Shown: in pieces, positions 10,496 through 19,640 of the stretch
Layout of the letters: every line of letters starts with the position of its first letter
Numbering within the stretch: position 1 is the first letter of the stretch
IMG/VR virus record: IMGVR_UViG_3300025141_011586
Location: 9,169-73,168 of that record
Reading direction: 5' to 3' (one strand)
DNA: 64,000 bases
Origin: a virus
Program-made: the position numbers and the translations under genes
The notes under the pieces: generated by a model
Databases searched by the model: none
What the model saw: only the letters and a program-made list of their open reading frames with translations
Told to the model about the DNA's origin: nothing

Positions 10496-11642
10496 TATTC
10501 GTATTTTAGAGAACATAGAAATTCTTTCTGAGTCTACATCTCCTCAAGGGATGAAGATTAGAGGCGTATTCCAAAGAGCGGATGAAGCCAATAACAACAA
10601 GAGAATTTATCCTAAGGCTATCCTTGAGACGCAAGTTAAAGCTCTTCAGCCTATGATTAAGGAGAACCGCCTCTGTGGTGAGTTGGATCATCCTAGTCAT
10701 GACATAGTTAAGCTTTCTAATGCTTCCCATCTTGTAACAGGATTGTACATGAAGGGTGGTGATGTAATTGGTGAGGCTAGAATCTTGGGCACTCCAGCAG
10801 GTAAGGTAGCTCAAGCCCTTATTGAAGGTGGCGTTAAGATTGGAATTTCAAGCAGAGGCGTTGGAACTCTGTCAGAAGATACCATGCAAAAGGTAAAGTT
10901 TGTTAACGATGACTACAAGATGGTTACCTTTGATCTTGTAGCAGATCCTTCTACTCGTGGCGCATACCCTGATCTTTACGAGTCCAAGCAAAGTGCCCTG
11001 GAGACTCGCAAGTTTGTTGACGATGCCTATAAGAAGGCGTTAGGGGAGCAAGTCTTTGTTACTATGTTGAAGGACAAGCTTGGTTCTCTTAACGAGGTTT
11101 ATTCGGCCAAGGATTATAGATCTCCTACTCCTCCTGCTAGACAGAAGAGTAACACGGTTAACCCAGACTATGATTCTGTTATGAAGGCCAGAGGCTATCC
11201 TAGCGTTGATGATATTATGAAGAGGGGTTCTAATGATGATCCATCTCACAAGTGGTTTAAGGCTATGATGACAGCAGTAAAGGGGCAACCCACTGTGCAA
11301 GAAGGTAAAAAGAAGAAAAAGGTTAAGAAGGCAAAGGTTTATTACGAGGGTGTTAGCTCCGAGGATATCAAAGCTGAGGTTGCCAGGAGATTAGGCGGAG
11401 ATCTGACCCTTGAGGATATTAAGGCTGAGGTTGCTAGAAGGCTAAGAGAAGCTAAAAAGGTTGTCCCTTTTGGCATGACCGCTCTCTTCAACGGCGGTAA
11501 CGGGGGTGGCGAGGAGGCTGCGCCTAAGCCCGAGTCTAAGCCTAAGCCCGAGTCTAAGCCTAAGCCCGAGAAGCAGTTGCCGAAGAAGCGAAGGCCGACA
11601 TCGAAGCCGCCAATAATTGTCGCTAAACAACCGAAAGGCTAA
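10482..11642 (+). CDS. Prohead core protease (T4 gp21-like) with C-terminal extension
   Basis: GVFQRADExNNNKRIYP, GELDHP, GISSRGVG, FDLVADPS motifs; likely start MLLND at 10482. Confidence 0.93.
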   Translation: MLLNDIRILENIEILSESTSPQGMKIRGVFQRADEANNNKRIYPKAILETQVKALQPMIKENRLCGELDHPSHDIVKLSNASHLVTGLYMKGGDVIGEARILGTPAGKVAQALIEGGVKIGISSRGVGTLSEDTMQKVKFVNDDYKMVTFDLVADPSTRGAYPDLYESKQSALETRKFVDDAYKKALGEQVFVTMLKDKLGSLNEVYSAKDYRSPTPPARQKSNTVNPDYDSVMKARGYPSVDDIMKRGSNDDPSHKWFKAMMTAVKGQPTVQEGKKKKKVKKAKVYYEGVSSEDIKAEVARRLGGDLTLEDIKAEVARRLREAKKVVPFGMTALFNGGNGGGEEAAPKPESKPKPESKPKPEKQLPKKRRPTSKPPIIVAKQPKG

Positions 11643-11685
11643 ACTTACATAAAATTAAAAAAAATTGGTATATTTTTCATAAAAG

Positions 11686-11693
11686 TATAAATA
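11686..11693 (+). promoter_or_regulatory. T4-type late promoter TATAAATA upstream of scaffold/capsid genes
   Basis: Exact TATAAATA in an AT-rich intergenic region before the aagga RBS of 11719. Confidence 0.6.
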
Positions 11694-11718
11694 TTAATAA
11701 GATACAAGGAGAATCTTT

Positions 11719-12345
11719 ATGCGTAAAAAGAAGAAGAAAACACTAGATCAAATCCTCCCTGAGGGTTTATCGGAGTCAGCAGTCAAAGAGATTACTGGAC
11801 TCATGCAAGATGTTATAAACGAACAGGTAGAGGAAAAGGTTAAGCTTCTTGAGGCTAGAGTTACCTCCTTCGTTCGTGCGAATATCGATACTCTTAAGGA
11901 GCAAGCTGTCAAAGAGCTGGAGCTAGAAAATGATACTTTCCATAACGCCCAACTCTTTGAGACCGTTAAGTCGATCATGGCAGTGGAACTCGACAAGGAT
12001 GACGAGGATTCCGCCATTAAGATCCTGGCAAACGAGTCCAAGGAATTGGAAGGCGAGATGGGACTTCTTAGCAACGAGCTTGATAGAGTCCTTAAAGAGA
12101 ACAGTAAGATGCAAGCAGTTATTTCTGCCTTATCAGATAAGACAGACATGCTTGACGAAGAGAGGAATTCTTTGGTTGAGGCTAATAGCCAGCTAGAGAA
12201 AGTCGTGGAAACTTTGGAAGAGTCCAATAAGAAGCCATTCAAGTCTTCTGAGAAGGCCCTGGTTGTTTCCGAAAATAATGTAAATGTACAAAGAACTGGA
12301 GATAACGAGTTCTTAACCGAAGATGTTATGAAGTTTATGCCTTAA
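11719..12345 (+). CDS. Prohead scaffolding protein (T4 gp22-like)
   Basis: Acidic coiled coil located between protease and MCP; LPEGLSE start. Confidence 0.75.
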   Translation: MRKKKKKTLDQILPEGLSESAVKEITGLMQDVINEQVEEKVKLLEARVTSFVRANIDTLKEQAVKELELENDTFHNAQLFETVKSIMAVELDKDDEDSAIKILANESKELEGEMGLLSNELDRVLKENSKMQAVISALSDKTDMLDEERNSLVEANSQLEKVVETLEESNKKPFKSSEKALVVSENNVNVQRTGDNEFLTEDVMKFMP

Positions 12346-12357
12346 GGAGGCAGTAAT

Positions 12358-14025
12358 ATGGATAGTTTAGGTGGTTCAAATAGTTTAGTCCAAAAGTGGG
12401 AACCAATTCTAGAAGGCATCGACAACGATTATACTCGTCGTGTAACGGCGCAGCTTCTTGAGAATCAGGCCAAGCAAATTGTGTCTGAAAAACTCCAGGA
12501 GAGTGGCGGTGTTACAACGGGTTCAACAACTGTCGGTCATTTGGGAACCTTCCAGAAGTTCGCTTTCCCGCTTGTTCGTAGGGTTTACCCTGAGTTGGTT
12601 GCCAACAATATTGTTGGTGTTCAGCCCATGCAAGGCCCAGTTAGCCAGATCTTTTATCTTGGTAATAGTAGGTTCCATAACACAACCCAACAGGTTGTGT
12701 ACAGCAAGTATAAGCTGACCTACCGTGGTCTCAACAACGAAGCTATTGGTTCTAGGTCAGACATTGCCGAACAAACTGTTGCTGGTGGGTTTGATCCTGA
12801 TCAAGGTTGGGGTACTGGCCAGTTCGCGGGTGCCGCTGGCGCGGGTTCTGGTATGGATCTTGATGGTACGCTTTCAAGGCTTAGTACTTCTGGTGTCGTG
12901 TCCGCTAACGCTGGTGGACCTAGCTCGACGTTTGGTGGCAAGATCGCTTCTTGGCCTCATACCAATACGACGATGGGTTGGACGGTTTCTGGTGGTGAGC
13001 AACTGAACCTTACTGGTATTCCAGAAATTCAGTTCCACATCCAGCAACAGGCAGTTGTGGCTAACACTCGCAAGATGAGAGCCCTGTGGACGATTGAAGC
13101 TTCTCAGGACCTCAAGGCTTATCATAACCTTGATCTTGAGCGTGAGCTGACCGATCTTCTTAGTAAGGAACTTTCCTTGGAGATTGACCGCGAGATCCTT
13201 GAAGATCTTCGCATGATTGCTTACGGTTTCAATGGTGCTAATACCTTGGGTAACTGGAAAGCTGAGTCTCTGGATAACGGGAATCCTAACGCTTTCGGAA
13301 ACACAAAGGGTGTTTTCCAGGGAGTTAATGAGACTGGGACGGGCGGTACGCCTGATTTCACTCCGAGTGCCTTCACCTACGAACAAGCAGATGAGCTTAA
13401 AGAGCTTCAAACTGCTATTGATTCGAATGTGTTCCTCGTGGACTTTACTGCAACAACGGGTGCGAATGCTGGCTTGGCTGATTTCAATCCTCGTCACATC
13501 GGTGAGTTGTATGGTAACCTGCTGGCAACAATGAACATTGCCTCACAGGATATCTACAGAACAACTCATAGAGGTCCTGGTACTGTGATGATCACCTCAC
13601 CTCTGATGGCTAGCTTCCTAGAAAGCTCTGCCAAGCTAGAGGGAGGAATTGCTCCAGCGGATGCCCCAACTAACATGGGCACCAAGGTGCAGTACAAGGG
13701 CAAGTTCGCTGGCAAGTATGACCTGTATGTTGACCCCCTGTGGCCTGAGGACGAAATCCTTTTGGGTTACAAGGGCTCGAATGCTATGGACGCAGGCTTT
13801 GTCTACGCTCCGTACATTCCGCTACAGCAACTGCCTACTATCACGGATCCTGATAACTTCCAACCCAGGAAGGGTATCCTGACTCGTTATGGCAAGGCTG
13901 CTATCACTCCTGCTCATAGATTCTATAGAATCATTAGAGTGGTTGGTCCTAATGCTAACTGGCTGCTCTCGCCATTCGCTAGAGTCCAGAAGATCGGTAC
14001 AACCACGGTAACTGGTTATAAGTAA
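12358..14025 (+). CDS. Major capsid protein (T4 gp23-like)
   Basis: KWEPIL, AQLLENQ, FPLVRRV, VGVQPMQGP, QDLKAYH, DAGFVYAPYIPL, TRYG motifs. Confidence 0.97.
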   Translation: MDSLGGSNSLVQKWEPILEGIDNDYTRRVTAQLLENQAKQIVSEKLQESGGVTTGSTTVGHLGTFQKFAFPLVRRVYPELVANNIVGVQPMQGPVSQIFYLGNSRFHNTTQQVVYSKYKLTYRGLNNEAIGSRSDIAEQTVAGGFDPDQGWGTGQFAGAAGAGSGMDLDGTLSRLSTSGVVSANAGGPSSTFGGKIASWPHTNTTMGWTVSGGEQLNLTGIPEIQFHIQQQAVVANTRKMRALWTIEASQDLKAYHNLDLERELTDLLSKELSLEIDREILEDLRMIAYGFNGANTLGNWKAESLDNGNPNAFGNTKGVFQGVNETGTGGTPDFTPSAFTYEQADELKELQTAIDSNVFLVDFTATTGANAGLADFNPRHIGELYGNLLATMNIASQDIYRTTHRGPGTVMITSPLMASFLESSAKLEGGIAPADAPTNMGTKVQYKGKFAGKYDLYVDPLWPEDEILLGYKGSNAMDAGFVYAPYIPLQQLPTITDPDNFQPRKGILTRYGKAAITPAHRFYRIIRVVGPNANWLLSPFARVQKIGTTTVTGYK

Positions 14026-14045
14026 TAATCAGCTAGACTGATAAA

Positions 14046-14085
14046 AGAAAAGACTGAGAGACATAAAAAGCTCTCAGTCTTTTCT
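14046..14085 (+). terminator. Rho-independent terminator after MCP
   Basis: agaaaagactgagag / ctctcagtcttttct 15-bp inverted repeat with a 10-nt loop. Confidence 0.8.
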
Positions 14086-14096
14086 GCATTCTAGGG

Positions 14097-14111
14097 TATA
14101 TAAGATAGAGG
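14097..14111 (+). promoter_or_regulatory. Putative late promoter TATATA-NN-ATAGAGG
   Basis: Same pattern also at 16466 and 60476. Confidence 0.5.
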
Positions 14112-14121
14112 GCTTTTTATT

Positions 14122-15009
14122 ATGGCGTTTACAGATACCTTCGGACCTGTTAGACCAAGAGTTACATCTTACGGAACTTCTTTTGGTACCTATGGTGGTA
14201 ATCGGATTACGGATACAAGCTCCGCTCCAGGGGATATAGATCCTAGTAAGCTAAATAAAAATACGCTTGTAGATGGAGTAGAGTTTACTAGTTTTGATGA
14301 CACCGTTAAGGACTATGTTCTGGCCAAGCTTGGGCATCCTGTGGTGAGGGTAGAGCTATCTCCTTTACAGTTAAAAATTGCGACTGATGAGGCTGTAACT
14401 AAATTGTCTTATCACGCTCCCTTATGGTCACGAAACTACGCCACCTTTGAGGCCTCTGCACCATATAATGTCTATGAGATTCCTACTTATATGTTAGATA
14501 ATCTGGAGTATGTGGTCTACAAAAAGAGCCTGCTCTCACTCCAGTCTCAGGCAGGAACTTTGGAATTTGATTTCTTCATCAAATACTTCCAGGATAATCA
14601 TTTGTTTGGAGATTTTAACGTTGGAGAATTTTACCTACTTCAGTCTCATCTAGAGCAGATGAGAAAGATTCTGTCTCAGGAGGGGTCCTGGGACGTGCTT
14701 AATGGTAAATACTTGCAGATAAATCCTAGGCCTGCTAAGACTGTGGAGTATGTCCTTTTAGAGTATAGGGCTTTAAACTCAGACACTATACATCCCGCTT
14801 ACAGAAACTGGATTCAAAGATATGCTTTGGCTAGTGCTAAGGGTATCCTTGGGGAGATAAGGAGTAAGTATTCTATGTTGCCTTCTCCTGGTGGAGGGGC
14901 TCAGTTGAATGGGCAAGCTCTAAAAGAAGAGAGTGCAAGAGAAATGAAAGAGTTAGAAGAACAGCTTCTCGCAGAGATCGAGGAGCCACCAGTCTTCACA
15001 GCATTCTAA
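14122..15009 (+). CDS. Neck protein / head-tail adaptor (T4 gp13-like)
   Basis: LGHPVVRVEL, WIQRYALA, KYSMLPSPGGGAQLNG motifs. Confidence 0.88.
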   Translation: MAFTDTFGPVRPRVTSYGTSFGTYGGNRITDTSSAPGDIDPSKLNKNTLVDGVEFTSFDDTVKDYVLAKLGHPVVRVELSPLQLKIATDEAVTKLSYHAPLWSRNYATFEASAPYNVYEIPTYMLDNLEYVVYKKSLLSLQSQAGTLEFDFFIKYFQDNHLFGDFNVGEFYLLQSHLEQMRKILSQEGSWDVLNGKYLQINPRPAKTVEYVLLEYRALNSDTIHPAYRNWIQRYALASAKGILGEIRSKYSMLPSPGGGAQLNGQALKEESAREMKELEEQLLAEIEEPPVFTAF

Positions 15010-15594
15010 ATGGCATACAAAAAGAATTATAAAGTAACCACGCCGATGCCTCTTATCCCTGATATCGATATTGAGGATAGCGAGCTAAGTTTATTTGATC
15101 CTACGAATCCAGATATTAATCTATTTAATTTGGTTGACGATGAGATCATTAGACTAAGTGGGTCCAAGTTATATTTCTATAAGTTTTATCTGGCTGAGGA
15201 TGATTATGACGATGTCTACATGGAGTCCAAGAATAAGGCCATTGTATCGGAGCCTATGTTAGTTCATGGTCACTATGACCCCAAGATTCTAGAGGAGAAT
15301 CTATCAGAGTTTGGCATTGAGCTTACCAATGATCAAGTTTTTGTATTTAACAAGAGCTACATAGAGCAGAAGTTAGGTAGGATTGTTACCCCAGGAGATG
15401 TGATTAAGCCAGCTTTTCAGAATCAGAAGTATGAAATCTTTGAGGTTCAGGAAGATGCCTTTGAGGCTTACGGGGTTTATCATCTTAACTGTCATGCTAG
15501 ATTGCTTAGGGATTCTGTGGAGATTCAGGATGCTCCTTTGCTAGATACAACTGATCCTTTAGGGGGGTATGAAGGGAAAGTGGGTACTGTATAG
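15010..15594 (+). CDS. Head closure / neck protein (T4 gp14-like)
   Basis: DDVYME, LSEFGIEL, PGDVI motifs; follows the gp13-like gene. Confidence 0.75.
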   Translation: MAYKKNYKVTTPMPLIPDIDIEDSELSLFDPTNPDINLFNLVDDEIIRLSGSKLYFYKFYLAEDDYDDVYMESKNKAIVSEPMLVHGHYDPKILEENLSEFGIELTNDQVFVFNKSYIEQKLGRIVTPGDVIKPAFQNQKYEIFEVQEDAFEAYGVYHLNCHARLLRDSVEIQDAPLLDTTDPLGGYEGKVGTV

Positions 15595-16427
15595 TGGCAA
15601 AATTAGATCCAAGATATATGGTTACTGACAATAGCCTAAGCTCAGTTGATGGTAAAACTACTTATCAGGTTAAATTTGATACAGAGACAGTACTCACTAA
15701 GACTCAGCGGGAGTCCGATGCAGACTTTGGCTTAGACCCTAGAAGAAAGACAAATAGGGAGATAGCTATCAAGAAGGAGTTGCTTGAGCTACATCGAAAA
15801 GAGAGTGATATTTCAAGAGTCTACAAAGAAACTTTAAGAGCTGTCATACATCTTTTTAGTGATCTATTTGTTATCGACTCGGACGATAACTTAGTAAAAA
15901 TTTCTTGTACCCACGGTCACCCAGAGAGGGTGATAGCAAAGCTGAAACAAGAAAGTAATATTATACTTCCTGTTATTACCGTTACCCAGTCTACTAGCGA
16001 CAACGACGATAACAGAAGAAAATTTACGCCTATTCTAGTTAATGAACGTTACTGGGATACTGATAAGCATAGGGCGTATAGGATAGTGAGTTTTGCTCCC
16101 AGGCCTGTTAATATTAACTACAGTATTAATTTTTGGACTAAGTATATGGTAGATATGGATCAGATGTTAGAACAATCTAGGTTAAAGTTCAACCCTGATG
16201 CTGCTATTAATACGCCCTTCAGTACGAAGACAAAGGCTTTTATAACTGAAGAGGTAGATAATTCTGAGCTTACCCCAGGGGATACTGCTGAGAGGATTCT
16301 AAGGAAGACCTTGAACATTTCTGTTGAGGGTTACATACCAAGCCCGAAGTTCTTGTACTCTTCTACTGGTAAGATAGAGAAGCTAAAAGCAGAGGCTGTA
16401 CTTCATCACATAGATAAGAGAGAATAA
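15594..16427 (+). CDS. Tail terminator / sheath stabilizer (T4 gp15-like)
   Basis: LPVITV, DDNRR, PRPVNINYSINFWTKY...DQMLEQ pattern; synteny. Confidence 0.72.
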   Translation: MAKLDPRYMVTDNSLSSVDGKTTYQVKFDTETVLTKTQRESDADFGLDPRRKTNREIAIKKELLELHRKESDISRVYKETLRAVIHLFSDLFVIDSDDNLVKISCTHGHPERVIAKLKQESNIILPVITVTQSTSDNDDNRRKFTPILVNERYWDTDKHRAYRIVSFAPRPVNINYSINFWTKYMVDMDQMLEQSRLKFNPDAAINTPFSTKTKAFITEEVDNSELTPGDTAERILRKTLNISVEGYIPSPKFLYSSTGKIEKLKAEAVLHHIDKRE

Positions 16428-16465
16428 AAATTAAAAATTTTCGCATCACTTTCGGGTAGTGTCAG

Positions 16466-16480
16466 TAAATAATATAGAGG
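16466..16480 (+). promoter_or_regulatory. Putative late promoter TAAATA-NN-ATAGAGG for the tail operon
   Basis: Matches the 14097 and 60476 motif; overlaps the gagga RBS of ATG 16489. Confidence 0.5.
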
Positions 16481-16488
16481 AGTTTATA

Positions 16489-16785
16489 ATGGTTAATGAG
16501 GATAGGATAATAAAGAAGGGTAAGCCTGCGTTTAGTACCCCAAAGTCTCTTAAGCCTCGCAAGGTGATTGAAGCTCCTAAAGAAGTAAAAAGGCAAGTAG
16601 TTCCTACGAAAGCAGTAAAGAATGAATGCCTTCAATCATTAGAAGTTTATTTTAAGAACAGTGAAGGGCAAGATGATACCTGTTGGTTACAGCCGAGAGG
16701 GGTTTTAAAGTTGCCTGCTTCCTGTTTAACGTCTCAAATCGATCTTTTGCAAAAGAGGAGACTAGTTCGAGTTTTTAATATCTAG
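16489..16785 (+). CDS. Hypothetical protein upstream of tail sheath
   Basis: ORF with gaggag RBS; start moved to ATG 16489. Confidence 0.6.
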   Translation: MVNEDRIIKKGKPAFSTPKSLKPRKVIEAPKEVKRQVVPTKAVKNECLQSLEVYFKNSEGQDDTCWLQPRGVLKLPASCLTSQIDLLQKRRLVRVFNI

Positions 16786-16795
16786 GAGATAGCCC

Positions 16796-18988
16796 ATGCC
16801 AACTTACGTAAGTCCAGGTGTATATGTTATTGAAAAGGACATATCACAATATCCCCCAACTATTAACTCTTCTGTTGTAGGGTTGGTGGGTTTCGCCTCT
16901 AAGGGTCCTGTGAATAAAGCGACCTTAATTACTAGTCCAAATAGATTAATAGATACGTTTGGTGAGCCATCTGAGACCATAAGAGGGCAGGGTCTTGAAG
17001 GTGCATTGGAGATATTGGAGACCACAAATAGCCTTTACTATGTAAGAGCAGCTAGTACTGATGCTGCTGATGCTTCTGCTAGTATACAATTCGGTAGTTG
17101 TCCTGCGGTTTTGGTGTCTGGGCCAAACTCCGATGACAACGGTCTCGGTGTCACTGGGGGAGCAGCCGCGACTATTTACGCTCAGGTGTATAATAATAAT
17201 GGCGTTAAGCAATACGACTATCCTAAAAAGTTTAACATTAAAAATAATTTTACTGCCAATGCTGATGCCTCAAGTCAGGGTAAGGCATTGGCGAAAGTAT
17301 TCGGTGGGTCTTTACAAACAGGAAATCTAGGTGTTCATTGGGATAAGGAGAGTGCTGCGTCTGGATATATAGTTAGTAGATTCGCTGGGTCTGGTGCGTA
17401 TATGGAGCTATCTGCGTTTGTCCATGAAGATAATAACTCTAATAAGGGTATGGAAATATTCCAAGCAGTTAACGCCCCATCTGGAACTGTATCAGGCGAA
17501 GGCATTGGGGGCACTGCATCGCACAATAATTTTGCGAGTGCAATTAAAGTGTATGGAGGCTCAATATACACAGGAGAAACCACTTCCGGTTTCGGATACC
17601 TTGTTGAGTCTCTGAATCCTGGAGCTGGCTACAACGCTGGGAAGAAGCCTAACGGGGAGACTAGTGGAACTAGTATTACTGTTACTAACCAGAACGGTCC
17701 TTATTTTTCTCTCAATGTCAATGACAGGGGTCAGCCAGTTGAAACTTTCAAATGCTCTCTGACAAAAAATAAGGATTTTGTTGAGGATGTAATCAATGTT
17801 GGTCAGGATAATCCTAAGTCTGATTACATTAAGGGAAACCTCTTTGCTTCAGGTCTTCTGACAATAACCCCTAACGCACTACACTCTTTCGGTCAACCCC
17901 TCACTGAGATAGCTCATGGGTGGGATGGAGTTAGTATGCGGTGGCAGACATCTGGTGGGACTGCGCTCACCAATGTCGGGGACGATGCTGCTATCGGCAA
18001 GAAGCACCCCGCTAGGCCTAAGTTTGTGAAGGCAATTGAAGGGACTTATAATTTATCTGGTGGCAATAACGGCCAGTCTGCAAGCGATAATACTAATGAC
18101 ACTAACTTGATCGGTACTACATCAGGGGGTGCAAAGACTGGTATGCAGGCCCTGGATGATGAGGTTCTTAATATCTCAATAGCTGCTGTCCCTGGGTATA
18201 CTAGGCAGGCTGTTCAGAATGCCTTGATCAGCCTAGCAGAAACCACACAGGATTTCCTCGCTGTGGTAGCTCCTCCCTACGCTGTTGGCGGTGCTCAAGA
18301 CGCAATCGATTGGTCTAATGGGCAGGGTGGAGGCAGAACCGCTGCTATAACAAGTAACTATGCTGCGATCTATTGGCCATGGTTGAAGGTATTCAGCGTC
18401 CATGATGGCAAGGATCGTTGGTATGATCCAGCAATATTCGCTATAAGGCAAATGGTTTACACCGATAATGTTGGTGAGCCATGGTTCGCTGCTGCTGGCT
18501 ACAATCGTGGTAGATTAACCAAGCCTGTTGATGTGGAAGTTATAGTAAATCAAGGTGACAGAGACTCCATGTACAGTGGTGGAAATGTTATTAACCCAAT
18601 TGCTAACTTCCCGCAACAAGGAATTACAATATTCGGGCAGAGAACTGCACAAAGAACTGCAACCGCTCTTGATAGAGTAAACATTCGCAGGCTGATGATC
18701 TTCATCAGGAAAGTTCTTCTGCAAGCAGGCAGGCCTTTTGTCTTCGAGCCAAATGATGAGTTCACTTGGCAACAAGTTGAAGAAACCTTGAATCCGTTCT
18801 TGGATGATATCAAGAGGAGAAGAGGTCTTGTTGAATTCCGTGTCGTATGTGACGATACAGTAAATACTCCAGTTAGAGTTGATAGGAACGAGCTTTGGTG
18901 CAAGGTTCTCCTCAAGCCAACGAAGACTGCTGAGATCATAATCTTTGAGCTTAACCTGACGAATCAGTCCGCGCAATTAGGAGGATAA
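16796..18988 (+). CDS. Contractile tail sheath protein (T4 gp18-like)
   Basis: SPGVYVIEKDIS, YWPW, PWFAAAGYNRG, FGQRT, DRVNIRRL, FEPND motifs. Confidence 0.97.
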   Translation: MPTYVSPGVYVIEKDISQYPPTINSSVVGLVGFASKGPVNKATLITSPNRLIDTFGEPSETIRGQGLEGALEILETTNSLYYVRAASTDAADASASIQFGSCPAVLVSGPNSDDNGLGVTGGAAATIYAQVYNNNGVKQYDYPKKFNIKNNFTANADASSQGKALAKVFGGSLQTGNLGVHWDKESAASGYIVSRFAGSGAYMELSAFVHEDNNSNKGMEIFQAVNAPSGTVSGEGIGGTASHNNFASAIKVYGGSIYTGETTSGFGYLVESLNPGAGYNAGKKPNGETSGTSITVTNQNGPYFSLNVNDRGQPVETFKCSLTKNKDFVEDVINVGQDNPKSDYIKGNLFASGLLTITPNALHSFGQPLTEIAHGWDGVSMRWQTSGGTALTNVGDDAAIGKKHPARPKFVKAIEGTYNLSGGNNGQSASDNTNDTNLIGTTSGGAKTGMQALDDEVLNISIAAVPGYTRQAVQNALISLAETTQDFLAVVAPPYAVGGAQDAIDWSNGQGGGRTAAITSNYAAIYWPWLKVFSVHDGKDRWYDPAIFAIRQMVYTDNVGEPWFAAAGYNRGRLTKPVDVEVIVNQGDRDSMYSGGNVINPIANFPQQGITIFGQRTAQRTATALDRVNIRRLMIFIRKVLLQAGRPFVFEPNDEFTWQQVEETLNPFLDDIKRRRGLVEFRVVCDDTVNTPVRVDRNELWCKVLLKPTKTAEIIIFELNLTNQSAQLGG

Positions 18989-18994
18989 TAAATA

Positions 18995-19570
18995 ATGGCG
19001 ACTTCACTATATCAAACTCAATTCGGTAGAAAGTTTACTGGCGGTAAAAATCTACCTCAAGTCTCTACGGATCTCGATTCGGTAAGAGCATACCAATTCG
19101 AACTTCAGTTCCAAGGTGTGCCTGCTGGTGGAACCGTTGCCAGAGACTTTACTCTTGCAGCGAAGCAAGTAAGCCCCGCTGGATTTACGGTGGAAGACAT
19201 TACCGTTGATCGTGTTAACGATAGGGTATTCTATCCAGGTAAGGCTTCTCCCGAAGAGATTACAATTACTTTCGATAATCTCATGCTCAAAACAGTAGCC
19301 TCAGACTTGTGGGGATGGTTTAAAACAAGCTACGATCCCATGACTGGTGAACTAACCAAGCAGGGTGGTCCACGAGGAGACAAGTCATTTAAAGCTATGA
19401 AGCTCTCTATCCTTCAGTTAGACAATGTTCTAAATCCTCACGCTACCACAGAGCTTTATGGTGTTTGGGTGAAATCATGGAAGACTGCTGAATTCAATTA
19501 TGCCACTAATGAATTCCATACTATAGAAGTTACATTCCGCTATGATTTCATGGATAACTTTAACTACTGA
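18995..19570 (+). CDS. Tail tube protein (T4 gp19-like)
   Basis: Follows sheath; YPGKASPEEITITFD and IEVTFRYD motifs. Confidence 0.9.
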   Translation: MATSLYQTQFGRKFTGGKNLPQVSTDLDSVRAYQFELQFQGVPAGGTVARDFTLAAKQVSPAGFTVEDITVDRVNDRVFYPGKASPEEITITFDNLMLKTVASDLWGWFKTSYDPMTGELTKQGGPRGDKSFKAMKLSILQLDNVLNPHATTELYGVWVKSWKTAEFNYATNEFHTIEVTFRYDFMDNFNY

Positions 19571-19591
19571 GATGCACTAACATCTGAATCC

Positions 19592-19619
19592 AAAAGGTCC
19601 GACTTCGGTTGGGCCTTTT
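19592..19619 (+). terminator. Rho-independent terminator after tail tube
   Basis: aaaaggtccgac-ttcg-gttgggcctttt hairpin. Confidence 0.8.
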
Positions 19620-19640
19620 CTTATATCACTATAATACACT

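Noticed and set aside
12874-13497. 207-aa antisense ORF within MCP, and similar antisense ORFs in sheath and SSB
   Set aside because: No motifs or RBS; expected shadows of strongly codon-biased genes
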